The notes: generated by a model not told the origin, from the sequence alone. A DNA stretch of 64,000 nucleotides from Candidatus Kapaibacterium sp. (GCA_963665665.1 OY762428.1:4224001-4288000); one strand, 5' to 3'; positions 8,877-19,784 are shown, counted from the stretch's first letter. Translations and numbers: made by a program.

Positions 8877-11800
8877 TTATTTATAAATTTCCATTTTTCC
8901 ACGTATCATTTTGCAATTTTCGAAACCCAAATTGGTTTTCAGGTGGTAAATGTAAATACCGATAGGCAGCCCGGCAGGATTGAAAGAAACCGAATATTCT
9001 CCTTTGGGCCTGAACCCCTTGTCTATTGTCAGGACTTTTTCGCTGCGGACATTATAAAGAATCAGCTCAATTTCGGCATCTTCCCTAAGGATATATTCTA
9101 TTGTAGTTGTTTTGCTTGCCGGGTTGGGGAAATTTTGAAATAGTGTTACTGCAGAGCAGCTGTTGGCAGTATATCGTATAGGATTACCGCAGGCAAGTTC
9201 AAATTCTCCATTCTCGATAGTGAAAACAATAGTGCCAATATCAGGTTTTGGGGTGGTCAGCTCGATAGTGCTTATGTCCCTGAAAGAACGCAGAACCACA
9301 AAATCAAAAACAGCTGCATATCCGGAATCATCAGGAATCCTGCTTAATAGTATATCTTCAATAATCATTTCATCATCAATTATCGAGCCTGCAGGAGTTT
9401 CATTTATTGGCCGGAGAATACCGGCTGGCATTGTTAAGTCTGCGCTGATATATTTAAAATCAGAATATTCAAAATTTGTGGTATCTGATAATCTGATTTT
9501 TACCTGTACGCTGTCATCAGGATAGCCACAAAAATCTTCCAAAATGATTTTAGCAGATTTTACAGGTTCGATATTGGTGGTGAGAATGATATTTTCAATA
9601 TTTCCACACTGATCATAAATTTCAATTGAAGAAGTGAATATTCCCGGAGTTGCCGATTCGAAATTAACAGTGGCGGTGGATTTGTTTCCGGGTATGGTTT
9701 GTTCAGGGCTGATTTCAATGTAAAATCCGTCTTTTATCAAAGGCGTTTCCCAGCTGATGTTTCTTGTGCCGGTGTTAGTAATTTCAAATGTTGATGATGT
9801 CTGTGTGTTTATTTCTGCTATGCCTAAATCTACAGTATTGGTTGATACAAAATAAGATATATGTTCTGTTTTCGCTGTTAAAGTAATTAAATTTCTACTA
9901 TTATCAGCATTAACGGCATTAGAAAAGATTATTAGCTCAGCATTTCTCAATCCGGTTTTTTGAGGTTCAGGAACGAATCTGATCTCAATTTCCAATGTTG
10001 CTGAAGGTTCTATCAGTACATCATCAATTATATTAAGAAGTTCAAATTCCTCGTCATCATCACCGTTCAGCTTTAGCGAATCAATAAGAAGCCTGCTGCT
10101 GCCGGTATTGGTAATAACTATTGTTGTGTCCATAGAATAAGGAGGGCAAACTGCATCCGGTAAAACGATCTCATCAATTGATGTTAAAATTGATTCGTTT
10201 TGTTTTGTTTTCCCTGTAATAGTAATAATTTCCTGATTATTACAACTGTCCTTTAATTCAAAATGAACGTTCAGGTCATGCCCGGATTTTTTCCCGGAGT
10301 ATAAAAAATTGATATATGCGCTGTCATTTGGCTGAATATTTAATGGTATCTGGTGACTAATTATTAAATGTTCATCAGGTGATATTATATCTTCGAAAGT
10401 TACCGGCATAGTTCCTTTGTTATAAATAATCATTGAATCTCTGCTGCTGCTGCCGATGTCAATTGTTCCCAGGTCAATATGATTTTTTGAAACTTCAAAT
10501 TTATACATCTGGAAGGAGCCGCTAAGCAGTACCTGGGATGATTTGCTGACATCGCCTGTAAATGAAGACTCAATAATCAGTTTGGCTGTGAAATTTCCGG
10601 CATTGCCGGGTGCAAAACGAATTGCAATTTCTCCTGTAGTTCCGGCAGCTATATCAAATTCTTCAAAAGGTTCGGGATCAAGAATCTCGAAACTGCCGAA
10701 ATTATCATCAGTAATTGATATACTCTTAATTGTAACAGGTTCAGAACCAAGGTTTTTAAGAACAATTAATGAATCGTGAGGAGTTGAATTGCAGATTTGC
10801 GCCGGGTATTGTAATAGTTCCGGAACGTCCAGTTGATAATCAATCCCTTTACCTAAAAGGCGTACCCGGGCTGGCGATCCGTTCCCATCGAAATAGAAAT
10901 TTATCAGTCCGCTGACTTTTCCCGGATATTCAGGTTCAAAAATTATTTTGAATTCGGCGCTTTTCTTAGAACCAATATTGAAAATATCAGGTTTTGGTTC
11001 CATTCTGAATGGGGTGCCCCGGTAATTTATCAGTTCTGTTCCGGTAATTGTTACGGGAAAGCCTGTTTCGTTATAGATCAGGACTATAGTAGTATCTGCC
11101 TTAGTGCCAAGCGATACTTTACCAAAATCCACATCCTGATTAATTATACTTATAATCGGTGAAACAACCTGGGCTTCAAGTGTTTGGGGAAGCATTCCAT
11201 TCTGATGGTGAATTAAAATATCTGAAGATATTTTGCCAATATCTGTTCCGGCAGTAACCCGGAAAATAAGTGATTTAATTTCTCCGGGCTTCATGATAAG
11301 CGGAACAAAGCCTGAGACCAATTTGAAATTATCCGTATTGGAAATTGATATGGAATCAATCCTGATAGGAACCGATCCATTATTATAAATAAAGTTCCTG
11401 ACAGTGCTGTCCCTGAATGTGGATACAAGAATTTGTCCGAAATCAACATCTAAGCTTTTTAATTTAGGGCTGACAATTTGCCAGATATTATCAGATTCGT
11501 CCGAAAGTATGTCCGGTTCTTCAAGCGGGATATCATAAGGCGACCAAATTTCGATGTATGAATCCAGGCTTCCGCTTGCGAGTTTGGTACCGTTCCTGTT
11601 CCATCGAAGTGTTTTTACTTCTTCTGTATGCCCGGTGAATTCATAAATTTTTTCAAAATTAATACCATCGAAAATAATTACCGATTCATTTGATGTTCCA
11701 CATGCTATGTATGCTCCGTCGGGGCTCCAGCTTACCACAGGAACTTTATCGGCACCGGTTTCAAGTGTGTCTGCCGGAGAATAATTCCTGAGGTCATAAA

Positions 11801-13946
11801 TAATTATTTTTCCGGATCTGCCGGAAATTGCTGCATATTTGTCATCAGGGCTTGAGCTAACTGAATAAATTTCAAACTCTTGATTAATACTTGAAAATTC
11901 TTCGTCGAGGCCGGGAACTGAGAATACTTTAAATTTATTGTCCCAGCTTACGGTTAGTAATCGGTCGGAAGCAGTGCTCCAGGCAATTGAACTAAGGGCT
12001 GCATTGTGCGCAGAAACTGACTTTACCTGGTTAAAATTATCTGCATTGCGCAGAATTAGTTCCCCTCCGTAATCTCCGCCAGCCAAATATCTATTATCCG
12101 GACTGATTTCAATGTCAAGAATATTCGATTCATGTCCTGCATAATCTCTTTCATGAGAATATGTTTCGGCATTCCAGACACGGATCATTTCATTTCGGGT
12201 TGTAATTATTTTTTTTCCATCCCGAGACCATAGCACACTTGCCACCAAACCTTCGGAATTAGAAACAATGGTATCGATATTATTATTAATTAAATCCCAA
12301 ACAATGATCCAGCCGTCATTGGAACCACTGACAATTTTTCTGGAATCCGGCTTCCAGGATATGCCATAAACACTATTTTCATGTCCGCTTAAAATTGTAA
12401 CTTTGCTATCCTTGCTGTCGGTTTTTCTAATTCTCATCAGACCTTCATTTGTCGGCAAATCCGGAACTTTCCAGGAATATTCAAGTCCGATTGCACCTTC
12501 ATCAGCTTTAATCCAGTTTGCTCCGTCGTTCGTGCTGTATTCAATAATAACTTCGTTTTCAGGAAGAATACCTTCCCACTTGATTGTTGTATCAGAACCG
12601 GATACGAGTTTTTCACCTCCGTTTGGAAATACAACTTTAAGGGTGTCGGCAGGGGTAGTTCCCCTTATATTTGCGGCAATGTATAGAGTTTTTTCCAGGC
12701 AGGCATCGGTGTCGAATTCAATTCTACCAAAACCGAGAGTGTTGGTTGAAATCTGAAAAAAAATTTCAATTTCAGCTGAATCGCCAGGTGGAATATTTAT
12801 TGTTTCCTGGTCAAGAATTGGTATTGATATGTCCTGATTAGTACTTGTGTAAGAGTTAATGGAAATTGGCTCGCGGCCAGAAAATAGTTTTATTATTGTA
12901 TCAAGAATTATTCCCGGGTCCACAGCTCCGAAATTAATGGAAGTGGAGGAAGAATATTGTAGTTTCGATAAATATCTTTGATTGATTTCGTAATCAAAAC
13001 TACTAAAGAAATCTTCGCCGAGGTAATTAATCCGAAAAGATAAATTTCTATGTGTTTGGCAACCGTTTGATTCCCATAAAATTTTGTAAGGCGGAATACC
13101 GGAAACAGCGAAATATATTTTTTTGAAAGCGTCCTCCAAGCTGCCAGGGTCTGTGATATTATCATAAAAACTGCCCCCGGTTTTAAGTGCAAGATCAGAT
13201 AAAGTTTTGCCGGCAGGCCCGGCTAAGACTACCGGAAATACTTTTATTCCGTAGTTATCAGCCAGAATCACAATATCTGATATATCAGTTTCAACTATAC
13301 CATCGGTTATCAGAATGATAGATTTATCCCATTTTCCAGCTGCTGCTATATTGATAGCTCCGGCTGCCTGGTCGGAAAAAGCATTTTTAAAATTTGCATT
13401 TCCCGAAGTAGCAATATTTTGAAAAGCTGATATAATATCATCGGCATTATCCGTGAAGTCCTGGTTGATAAAGGCTTTTTCGTTGAAAGTGCACAAAGCT
13501 GTTTCATTATAGTTTGGGTCGGACAGAATTTTCCACTTAAGCATTGCACTTCTGACTATATCCATTTTGAAACCGTTCATGGATGATGATATATCGACTG
13601 AAAAAACAACGGAAGTTGCCCTTTGATCGTAGGGGCCGGGTTCTATAAGGCTGAATCCTAGAGGATCGGAATTCTGAAGAAGATCAATATCTGCTTTTTC
13701 AAGATCCTGAACAGATATATCATCATTAGCGGTAAAATAAAACTCGGAAGTAATATTCGGATAGTTTGATGTTTCTACTGAATTGAGCAGTACTTGTGCA
13801 TTAAGCGAATACTGAAATAAAAAAATCAATCCCGCGATAACGACATTTGAAGTTAAATAGTTTGCAAATAATATTTTTAACACGTTTCTATAATCAATAT
13901 CATATTTAACAAAAAAGCGAACATTAAATATAAAAATTAATATCAT
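8877..13946 (-). CDS. Large secreted protein: VWA, WD40 propeller, multiple ASH/choice-of-anchor D Ig domains, T9SS type A CTD
   Basis: MIDAS VDISSS and ITDG; about 7 GH...WD-type repeats; repeated DFG/NTG Ig domains; LFQNFPNP...GIYIY C-terminus. Exact start uncertain. Confidence 0.8.
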   Translation of the reverse strand: MILIFIFNVRFFVKYDIDYRNVLKILFANYLTSNVVIAGLIFLFQYSLNAQVLLNSVETSNYPNITSEFYFTANDDISVQDLEKADIDLLQNSDPLGFSLIEPGPYDQRATSVVFSVDISSSMNGFKMDIVRSAMLKWKILSDPNYNETALCTFNEKAFINQDFTDNADDIISAFQNIATSGNANFKNAFSDQAAGAINIAAAGKWDKSIILITDGIVETDISDIVILADNYGIKVFPVVLAGPAGKTLSDLALKTGGSFYDNITDPGSLEDAFKKIYFAVSGIPPYKILWESNGCQTHRNLSFRINYLGEDFFSSFDYEINQRYLSKLQYSSSTSINFGAVDPGIILDTIIKLFSGREPISINSYTSTNQDISIPILDQETINIPPGDSAEIEIFFQISTNTLGFGRIEFDTDACLEKTLYIAANIRGTTPADTLKVVFPNGGEKLVSGSDTTIKWEGILPENEVIIEYSTNDGANWIKADEGAIGLEYSWKVPDLPTNEGLMRIRKTDSKDSKVTILSGHENSVYGISWKPDSRKIVSGSNDGWIIVWDLINNNIDTIVSNSEGLVASVLWSRDGKKIITTRNEMIRVWNAETYSHERDYAGHESNILDIEISPDNRYLAGGDYGGELILRNADNFNQVKSVSAHNAALSSIAWSTASDRLLTVSWDNKFKVFSVPGLDEEFSSINQEFEIYSVSSSPDDKYAAISGRSGKIIIYDLRNYSPADTLETGADKVPVVSWSPDGAYIACGTSNESVIIFDGINFEKIYEFTGHTEEVKTLRWNRNGTKLASGSLDSYIEIWSPYDIPLEEPDILSDESDNIWQIVSPKLKSLDVDFGQILVSTFRDSTVRNFIYNNGSVPIRIDSISISNTDNFKLVSGFVPLIMKPGEIKSLIFRVTAGTDIGKISSDILIHHQNGMLPQTLEAQVVSPIISIINQDVDFGKVSLGTKADTTIVLIYNETGFPVTITGTELINYRGTPFRMEPKPDIFNIGSKKSAEFKIIFEPEYPGKVSGLINFYFDGNGSPARVRLLGKGIDYQLDVPELLQYPAQICNSTPHDSLIVLKNLGSEPVTIKSISITDDNFGSFEILDPEPFEEFDIAAGTTGEIAIRFAPGNAGNFTAKLIIESSFTGDVSKSSQVLLSGSFQMYKFEVSKNHIDLGTIDIGSSSRDSMIIYNKGTMPVTFEDIISPDEHLIISHQIPLNIQPNDSAYINFLYSGKKSGHDLNVHFELKDSCNNQEIITITGKTKQNESILTSIDEIVLPDAVCPPYSMDTTIVITNTGSSRLLIDSLKLNGDDDEEFELLNIIDDVLIEPSATLEIEIRFVPEPQKTGLRNAELIIFSNAVNADNSRNLITLTAKTEHISYFVSTNTVDLGIAEINTQTSSTFEITNTGTRNISWETPLIKDGFYIEISPEQTIPGNKSTATVNFESATPGIFTSSIEIYDQCGNIENIILTTNIEPVKSAKIILEDFCGYPDDSVQVKIRLSDTTNFEYSDFKYISADLTMPAGILRPINETPAGSIIDDEMIIEDILLSRIPDDSGYAAVFDFVVLRSFRDISTIELTTPKPDIGTIVFTIENGEFELACGNPIRYTANSCSAVTLFQNFPNPASKTTTIEYILREDAEIELILYNVRSEKVLTIDKGFRPKGEYSVSFNPAGLPIGIYIYHLKTNLGFENCKMIRGKMEIYK

Positions 13947-14057
13947 AATATTAAATTTTATCTCTTATAATAACCCCTGTCAATTGGGTTTGTTACTTAT
14001 TTTTATTATTTTCTCGTTTGATTTTTGTGTTTATTATTTTCGAACGGGATTAAAATT

Positions 14058-15815
14058 ATGTTTTTACCGATGACAAAATTTGAAATGGACAGGCTTGGAT
14101 GGAATCAGGCTGATGTTATACTTGTTAGCGGTGATGCATATATCGACTCTCCGTATGACGGAATAGCCATTATTGGCAAATACCTTCAAAAATCCGGGTT
14201 CAGGGTTGCGGTTATCTCTCAGCCTGATATTAAAAATCCGGATGAAATAACTGCATTGGGAGAGCCAGCGCTATTCTGGGGGGTAAGTTCCGGCGCCGTT
14301 GATTCTATGGTTGCAAATTATACTTCCCTAATGAAACCAAGGCGAAACGACGACCTGACTCCCGGCGGGATAAATAACCGAAGGCCCGACAGGGCAGTTA
14401 TAAAATATGTAAATTGTATACGGGCAAATTTTAAAAACACAGTTTCGGTAGTTATCGGAGGTATTGAGGCCAGCCTTAGAAGAATAGCTCATTACGATTA
14501 CTGGTCTGATAAAGTACGGCGCTCCATACTCTTTGATTCAAAAGCTGACTATCTTGTTTACGGAATGGGTGAAAGAACGATTCTTGAAATAGCCAATGCG
14601 TTTAAAAAAGAACAGGATATCAGGAATATCAGGGGAATTTGTTATAAATCCTCAGATTTTCCCAGGGACTATATTTCACTTGACAGTTATGAAGAAGTTG
14701 CTGCCGATAAAAGGAAGTTTTCTGATTCTTTTATGGAATTTTATAAAAATACGGATCCACTCAATGCTTTCGGCCTTGTTCAGAAGCATGGCGACAGATA
14801 CCTGGTTCAAAATCCGCCAAACTATTATCTTGAACAGGCAGAACTGGATTCTGTTTATGAAATGGATTTTGAATATGATGCCCATCCTGTACTGAAGAAA
14901 AAAGGAAAGATAAAAGCCCTTGATACGACACGTTTTTCGATAAATTCACACAGGGGATGCTTCGGAGAGTGCAATTTTTGCGCTATTACAATGCACCAGG
15001 GGCGTAGAATAAGGAGCAGGAGTGTGAAATCAATAATTAGAGAAGTAAAAAACTACACCGGGCGTAAAGATTTTAAGGGGAATATTAATGATGTTGGCGG
15101 CCCAACAGCAAATATGTTCGGTATGAGTTGCAAAAAAATGGATAAAAAAGGTGCCTGCAAGGATAAAAAGTGTCTGAGCCCCGGAAAATGTAAAGCCCTG
15201 GCAAATACCCATCAGCTAAATATAAGCCTTCTACGTGAACTACGAAAAATTAATGGTGTGAAGAAAATATTTATCTCCTCGGGCATAAGATATGATTTGA
15301 TAAGTGCCGACAAGGAAAATGGAAGAAAATATCTTGAAGAGATATTGGAATATCACATACCGGGGCAGATGAAAATTGCGCCTGAGCATACCTCTCCTGA
15401 AATTCTAAGAATTATGGGCAAGCCGGATCAAAGATCGTTGTCGATATTCAAGGCCATGTTCGAGGAAATAAAAAGAAAAAAGAAACTGAAAAAATTCCTG
15501 ACATACTATCTGATAGCTGCCCATCCTGGATGTAATAACGTAAATATGAAAGATATGGCAAAATATGTAAGAAATGAACTTAAAATATCTCCCGAACAGA
15601 TTCAGGTTTTTACACCTACGCCATCAACAATTTCAACACTTATTTACTACACTGGAATAAATCCTTTTACAGGTGATGAAGTATTCGTTGAAAAGAAACT
15701 TTCAGAAAAAAGAAAACAAAAGGAAATAATAACAGGAAATCCGGGAAATAAAATGAATAAATTCAGAGGAAAAAATAATAAAAACCGGCCCGGAAGAAGG
15801 ATTATGAAAAAATAA
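14058..15815 (+). CDS. ygiQ: YgiQ family radical SAM protein
   Basis: MFLPMT, DVILVSGDAYIDSP, IGGIEASLRRIAHYDYWSD, HRGCFGECNFCAI, APEH and QVFTPTP motifs. Confidence 0.9.
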   Translation: MFLPMTKFEMDRLGWNQADVILVSGDAYIDSPYDGIAIIGKYLQKSGFRVAVISQPDIKNPDEITALGEPALFWGVSSGAVDSMVANYTSLMKPRRNDDLTPGGINNRRPDRAVIKYVNCIRANFKNTVSVVIGGIEASLRRIAHYDYWSDKVRRSILFDSKADYLVYGMGERTILEIANAFKKEQDIRNIRGICYKSSDFPRDYISLDSYEEVAADKRKFSDSFMEFYKNTDPLNAFGLVQKHGDRYLVQNPPNYYLEQAELDSVYEMDFEYDAHPVLKKKGKIKALDTTRFSINSHRGCFGECNFCAITMHQGRRIRSRSVKSIIREVKNYTGRKDFKGNINDVGGPTANMFGMSCKKMDKKGACKDKKCLSPGKCKALANTHQLNISLLRELRKINGVKKIFISSGIRYDLISADKENGRKYLEEILEYHIPGQMKIAPEHTSPEILRIMGKPDQRSLSIFKAMFEEIKRKKKLKKFLTYYLIAAHPGCNNVNMKDMAKYVRNELKISPEQIQVFTPTPSTISTLIYYTGINPFTGDEVFVEKKLSEKRKQKEIITGNPGNKMNKFRGKNNKNRPGRRIMKK

Positions 15816-15862
15816 CCGGGCCGGTGAAGTGGGTACTAATATTCCGGAATGTTCCGGATATT
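15784..15862. repeat. Two inverted repeats at the 3' end of ygiQ
   Basis: accggcccgg (15784-15793) and ccgggccggt (15816-15825) straddle the stop codon; near-palindrome aatattccggaa-tg-ttccggatatt at 15838-15862. Confidence 0.55.
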
Positions 15863-16067
15863 GTTTACTCGTTTGACAATAAATAAATTATTCTGATGTG
15901 ACGTGAATAATTTTTATTATTTATCATAACACTTATTGAGAATGACCTCAACAAGATTTACCCTGCTTAATTAACATCTGAAATGGAAAAAAGTCTCATA
16001 AATTCCAAAATTTTTTTTATCTTTATTTTAACAGATTTAATTAAAGTTAATGTTCTTTTTGGAGAAA

Positions 16068-16424
16068 ATGATGCAATTAACGTGGTATAAGTGTGTGGGC
16101 GATGTATGGTGCAACCTATTTAGATTAGATCTTGATCATCGCTATCTTGATGATATTGAGGGATGTTTCATACTTTGGAGCGGTATAGATCCAAAAGTGC
16201 CTCTGGCGGTTGGATACGGTGATATCAGATCAGAACTTAAGGCTTTGAAGAGTGATATAGCTATTCGTGCTTTCGAAGGCAGGGGATTATTTGTTACCTG
16301 GGCAGAATTACCGGAAAAAAAGAGGGGAGCTGTAATATCATTTCTTATTAGCAAGTTAAAACCAAAGATTGCTGCAAAAGGCGGGGCTATTGATAAAAAA
16401 ATTGAAGTTAATCTTCCGTTTTAA
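16068..16424 (+). CDS. Small conserved-looking protein, possibly a degenerate GIY-YIG fold
   Basis: GGAG before ATG; W-x-K-C-x-G-D-V-W-C N-terminus; GCFILW...LAVGYG spacing resembles GIY...YIG; ends IEVNLPF. Confidence 0.55.
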   Translation: MMQLTWYKCVGDVWCNLFRLDLDHRYLDDIEGCFILWSGIDPKVPLAVGYGDIRSELKALKSDIAIRAFEGRGLFVTWAELPEKKRGAVISFLISKLKPKIAAKGGAIDKKIEVNLPF

Positions 16425-17410
16425 AGCGGCCATTCTTCCATTAAAAACGAGATACGGAAACAAAGTTTGTGTTGTTTCCATATCTCGTCTTTTATTACGC
16501 TTGTTAACGGATAGGAGTACATCATAGCGAAATTAAGCCCAAATCCGTCTGCATCCATCATAAATCCAAGTTCCAGATCGAGATATAACCTGTGTGAATT
16601 TAATGTGCTTAGTTTCTTTTCATGGAACAGGCTGAGAGTATCTCTTCCATTATCATACCTGATCTTATCTTTTGGGTAACCAATTTGCATATATTGATTT
16701 GATTCACTTGTTAATATATGATCGTAAGACAAACCGCCATAGAGATAATAAATCGAAAAACTATATGTATCTGCCGATTTCAAAAAACCGCCATACCATG
16801 GAATTAGTAGTCCTCCTCGAAGTGTTATTTTCATTTCGTCAAGGGTTAAAATTCCGGCTTCTTTCATTTTTATTTTTTCACCCTTTGCATTTATAAAATG
16901 CTTTACTTTTGTTCTTGTGAAAAGAAGACCCTTGGAAAATTCCCAATTTGCTTCTGCCCGAACAAAGCTGTTAATGAAGGCCAGTGAATGAATACCACCA
17001 ATACCAAAATTGATTAAACTCGATGCCGGGCCGTTGTCCTCTTCTTCATCTCTTTTGTTTTTTTCCATAATATTCATCTGGTCAGCACTCATTGTTCTTT
17101 TTGAAGAAAACGGGTATAATGTAGGAACAAAAGATGAAGACCTTATATTGTCGGCTTTATCAATTACAGAACCAAAATTCCAATTAAATGTGTAGGATCG
17201 AAAATTATCGAATATTCCGGGAAAATAACCACTTGATATAAAAATATTTTCCATGTAATCTTCTTCGAAATCTTTGTGCAGTGTAGTGTCCTGCAGTATT
17301 TTTGCCAGGTCGTTAAAAGTGTATGTACTGTCAGATTTATCCTCGTTTTGAGCCAATGCTGATTGGTATAGAAACACAATAGCAAATATAATAATGAGAT
17401 ATTTCATCAT
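16421..17410 (-). CDS. Outer-membrane beta-barrel protein
   Basis: Signal peptide and beta-strand pattern ending CFRISFLMEEWPL; overlaps the upstream stop by 4 nt. Confidence 0.6.
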   Translation of the reverse strand: MMKYLIIIFAIVFLYQSALAQNEDKSDSTYTFNDLAKILQDTTLHKDFEEDYMENIFISSGYFPGIFDNFRSYTFNWNFGSVIDKADNIRSSSFVPTLYPFSSKRTMSADQMNIMEKNKRDEEEDNGPASSLINFGIGGIHSLAFINSFVRAEANWEFSKGLLFTRTKVKHFINAKGEKIKMKEAGILTLDEMKITLRGGLLIPWYGGFLKSADTYSFSIYYLYGGLSYDHILTSESNQYMQIGYPKDKIRYDNGRDTLSLFHEKKLSTLNSHRLYLDLELGFMMDADGFGLNFAMMYSYPLTSVIKDEIWKQHKLCFRISFLMEEWPL

Positions 17411-18174
17411 TTAGCCACCATGAATTTCTTGTAAGCACTGCCTGTGTTTGCTTCAATAATTATATAATACATACCTGCCGCCATTTCTTCGGGAATATCA
17501 TAAGAATATCTTTGGGTTCCTTTTCTAACATCCTTAATATTTTCTACCAGCCTGGCTTTGCCTTCAGTATTATAAATAAAAACCTTCATGTCGCTGTTTT
17601 TGTCTATGAAAAAATCAAAATACAGGGTTTCTCCGGCATTAACCGGATTGGGGAAAATATTATAAACATTTGGAAAACGTACATAATTATCTATTGGCGA
17701 TATATTGAATGTTGTTAAAGTTGCTAATTTGTCATTTTGTAATGAATCATTAATAATAATATTTCTGAATAATATATTAGTAATAGTATCCGAGCCGGCA
17801 AGGCATTCACCGTTTAGTAATATTTGAACATTTTCATTTTGATTGTTTATCTTCAGATTAAGCTCAAACTTGTACAAAGAATCATTAACGCCGGGAGAGT
17901 TTTGATATTCAACCCGTGAAATTGAAGAACTTATTATACTACAATTGGAGTATTCTGTGAAGTATTCCGGAAGAAATATTGTAGGATTCTTTAATAGTAA
18001 TTCCCCGCTAATGATCAGATAATCTGACCCGATATCAGCAAATTCTATTCTAAGGTTTGTGTATTCGCCTTTTATTCCGCTTGTGTCATTTAGAAAATAA
18101 TCAAAAGCCAAAGTTGATATTTGACTGGTAAAAAAAAATATTATAAAAACAATACTATTTCTTAATAATAACAA
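17407..18174 (-). CDS. T9SS type A sorting domain-containing protein
   Basis: Signal peptide; IFPNP...AGMYYI...KKFMVAK C-terminus. Confidence 0.8.
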   Translation of the reverse strand: MLLLRNSIVFIIFFFTSQISTLAFDYFLNDTSGIKGEYTNLRIEFADIGSDYLIISGELLLKNPTIFLPEYFTEYSNCSIISSSISRVEYQNSPGVNDSLYKFELNLKINNQNENVQILLNGECLAGSDTITNILFRNIIINDSLQNDKLATLTTFNISPIDNYVRFPNVYNIFPNPVNAGETLYFDFFIDKNSDMKVFIYNTEGKARLVENIKDVRKGTQRYSYDIPEEMAAGMYYIIIEANTGSAYKKFMVAK

Positions 18175-19723
18175 ATTCCGTTCTCCTGTTCAGTTTTCTG
18201 TTTTCCTCGTTTGTATTCGGAACGAGCGGAGAGTTCTCTCCGAGTCCCTCAATTTCAATCCTGCCTTTGTCAATTCCTGACTGAACAAGATACTTTTTAA
18301 CCGAAAAAGCCCTTCTTTCGGAAAGTTCCATATTATAGTCTTCGGATCCGATATCATCAGTATGCCCCCTGACGAGAATTTCTATACCCTGGTATTTTTT
18401 CATTGATGAAGCTACTTCTTCAAGCAGGGGAATAGATTCTTTATTGATTTTATCCGAATTGTATTCAAATTGTATATTTAGCATTTTCATCGTCCCGACA
18501 GGGTCATGTGTTGAAATCAGAGTTTCATCGTACCAACCCCATTTTCTGAGGCTTTCAAACCCGCTCCCTGGAATGTTCAATCCAACGCTCACATCATGGT
18601 AGTCAGCACAATCGGGTGGGGTATAAGTTATAAGGTAATGGTTGTTCAGGCTGATATAAATGCTGGCAAATACATAAGCAAATTCTTTACTGCTGATCAG
18701 GTAATAGAAATTACCTCCTGTTGTTTCGGCAATATCAAGAAGAATTTCCGAATCTCCGAAACCATAAGCTATCGTGTATATTGTAATATTCTTTTCGCGG
18801 CACATTAATTGAATAGAATCCAGTTTGTCTTTCGAAGCTTCATCAAAACCATCGCTAAATAGTATCATAATGCGTTTTTTGTTACTGTCGGCTTTGGCGA
18901 GTTCCGTAATACCGGTTTTAACAGCGCCGAAGATGTTCGTTCCTGCAGTTTCCATACCCCTGAGCCCGTCTTCCCTGATTCTTTTGAAATCATTTTTCGA
19001 GTCAGTCAATGGAATTTCTACCTGGGATTGAGATGCGAATTTGATAACGCTTACCATATCGCCGGGTTTTATTGCCGGGAGTATCTTATTTAACGCTTGC
19101 TGGAGCTTTATCGCTTTGATATCACCCATTGATCCTGAATGATCAAGTACAAATGCCAATGCCTGAGGGCCGGCATCAACGGATCTGATTTCTTTTACCT
19201 CGTAATCACTAATATCGTGAATCCGTCCGTTACAGGAATCTGTGACTGAAAACCAGTATTTTTTATAGCTGTCAGTTCCTTTGTAATACGGAGGAGCTAA
19301 ATCCCGGATAACATTATCTTCGAGGTCGCCAACATGAGCAATAATACTAATCTTATGGGGATATTTACTTGAATTGACAGGCAGTAAGTTCAGATTATAG
19401 AAGCTTATGGAACTGTCCGATAATATTTTTTGAAAGGAAACGGAGTTAAGGGAATCTGCCGGGATGTTATATCTCTTCATCAAAATTTTTGAACGATAAG
19501 AACTGTCGTTTTTAAATTTGGCAGTCATTTTTTGTATATTTGTTTCTGACACCTGGCTGTTAATGAAAACCGGCCTGTGCTGCCTGATATTATTAAGAGA
19601 GTCCGGGAACATTATTTCAAGCTGGCTAACGAATTGGTGGGGGCAGGCACTGAGGATTAATGCTGCCGTGATAACGGATGCTGTTAAAATAATCCTGTTA
19701 TATGTTTTATTCCATCCCTCCAT
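18155..19723 (-). CDS. Lipoprotein with VWA and OmpA-like peptidoglycan-binding domains
   Basis: Lipobox LSAC; LDHSGSM MIDAS, FSDG; GHTDDIG...NMELSERRA...NRRTEF. Confidence 0.88.
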   Translation of the reverse strand: MEGWNKTYNRIILTASVITAALILSACPHQFVSQLEIMFPDSLNNIRQHRPVFINSQVSETNIQKMTAKFKNDSSYRSKILMKRYNIPADSLNSVSFQKILSDSSISFYNLNLLPVNSSKYPHKISIIAHVGDLEDNVIRDLAPPYYKGTDSYKKYWFSVTDSCNGRIHDISDYEVKEIRSVDAGPQALAFVLDHSGSMGDIKAIKLQQALNKILPAIKPGDMVSVIKFASQSQVEIPLTDSKNDFKRIREDGLRGMETAGTNIFGAVKTGITELAKADSNKKRIMILFSDGFDEASKDKLDSIQLMCREKNITIYTIAYGFGDSEILLDIAETTGGNFYYLISSKEFAYVFASIYISLNNHYLITYTPPDCADYHDVSVGLNIPGSGFESLRKWGWYDETLISTHDPVGTMKMLNIQFEYNSDKINKESIPLLEEVASSMKKYQGIEILVRGHTDDIGSEDYNMELSERRAFSVKKYLVQSGIDKGRIEIEGLGENSPLVPNTNEENRKLNRRTEFVIIKK

Positions 19724-19757
19724 AAGTCAATATACAGATTAAATAAAAAAATGTTAC

Positions 19758-19784
19758 AAAAAAAGCACCCTGACGGGTGCTTTT
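19758..19784 (-). terminator. Intrinsic terminator of hpf
   Basis: aaaagcaccc-tgac-gggtgctttt; T run on the minus strand. Confidence 0.8.
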
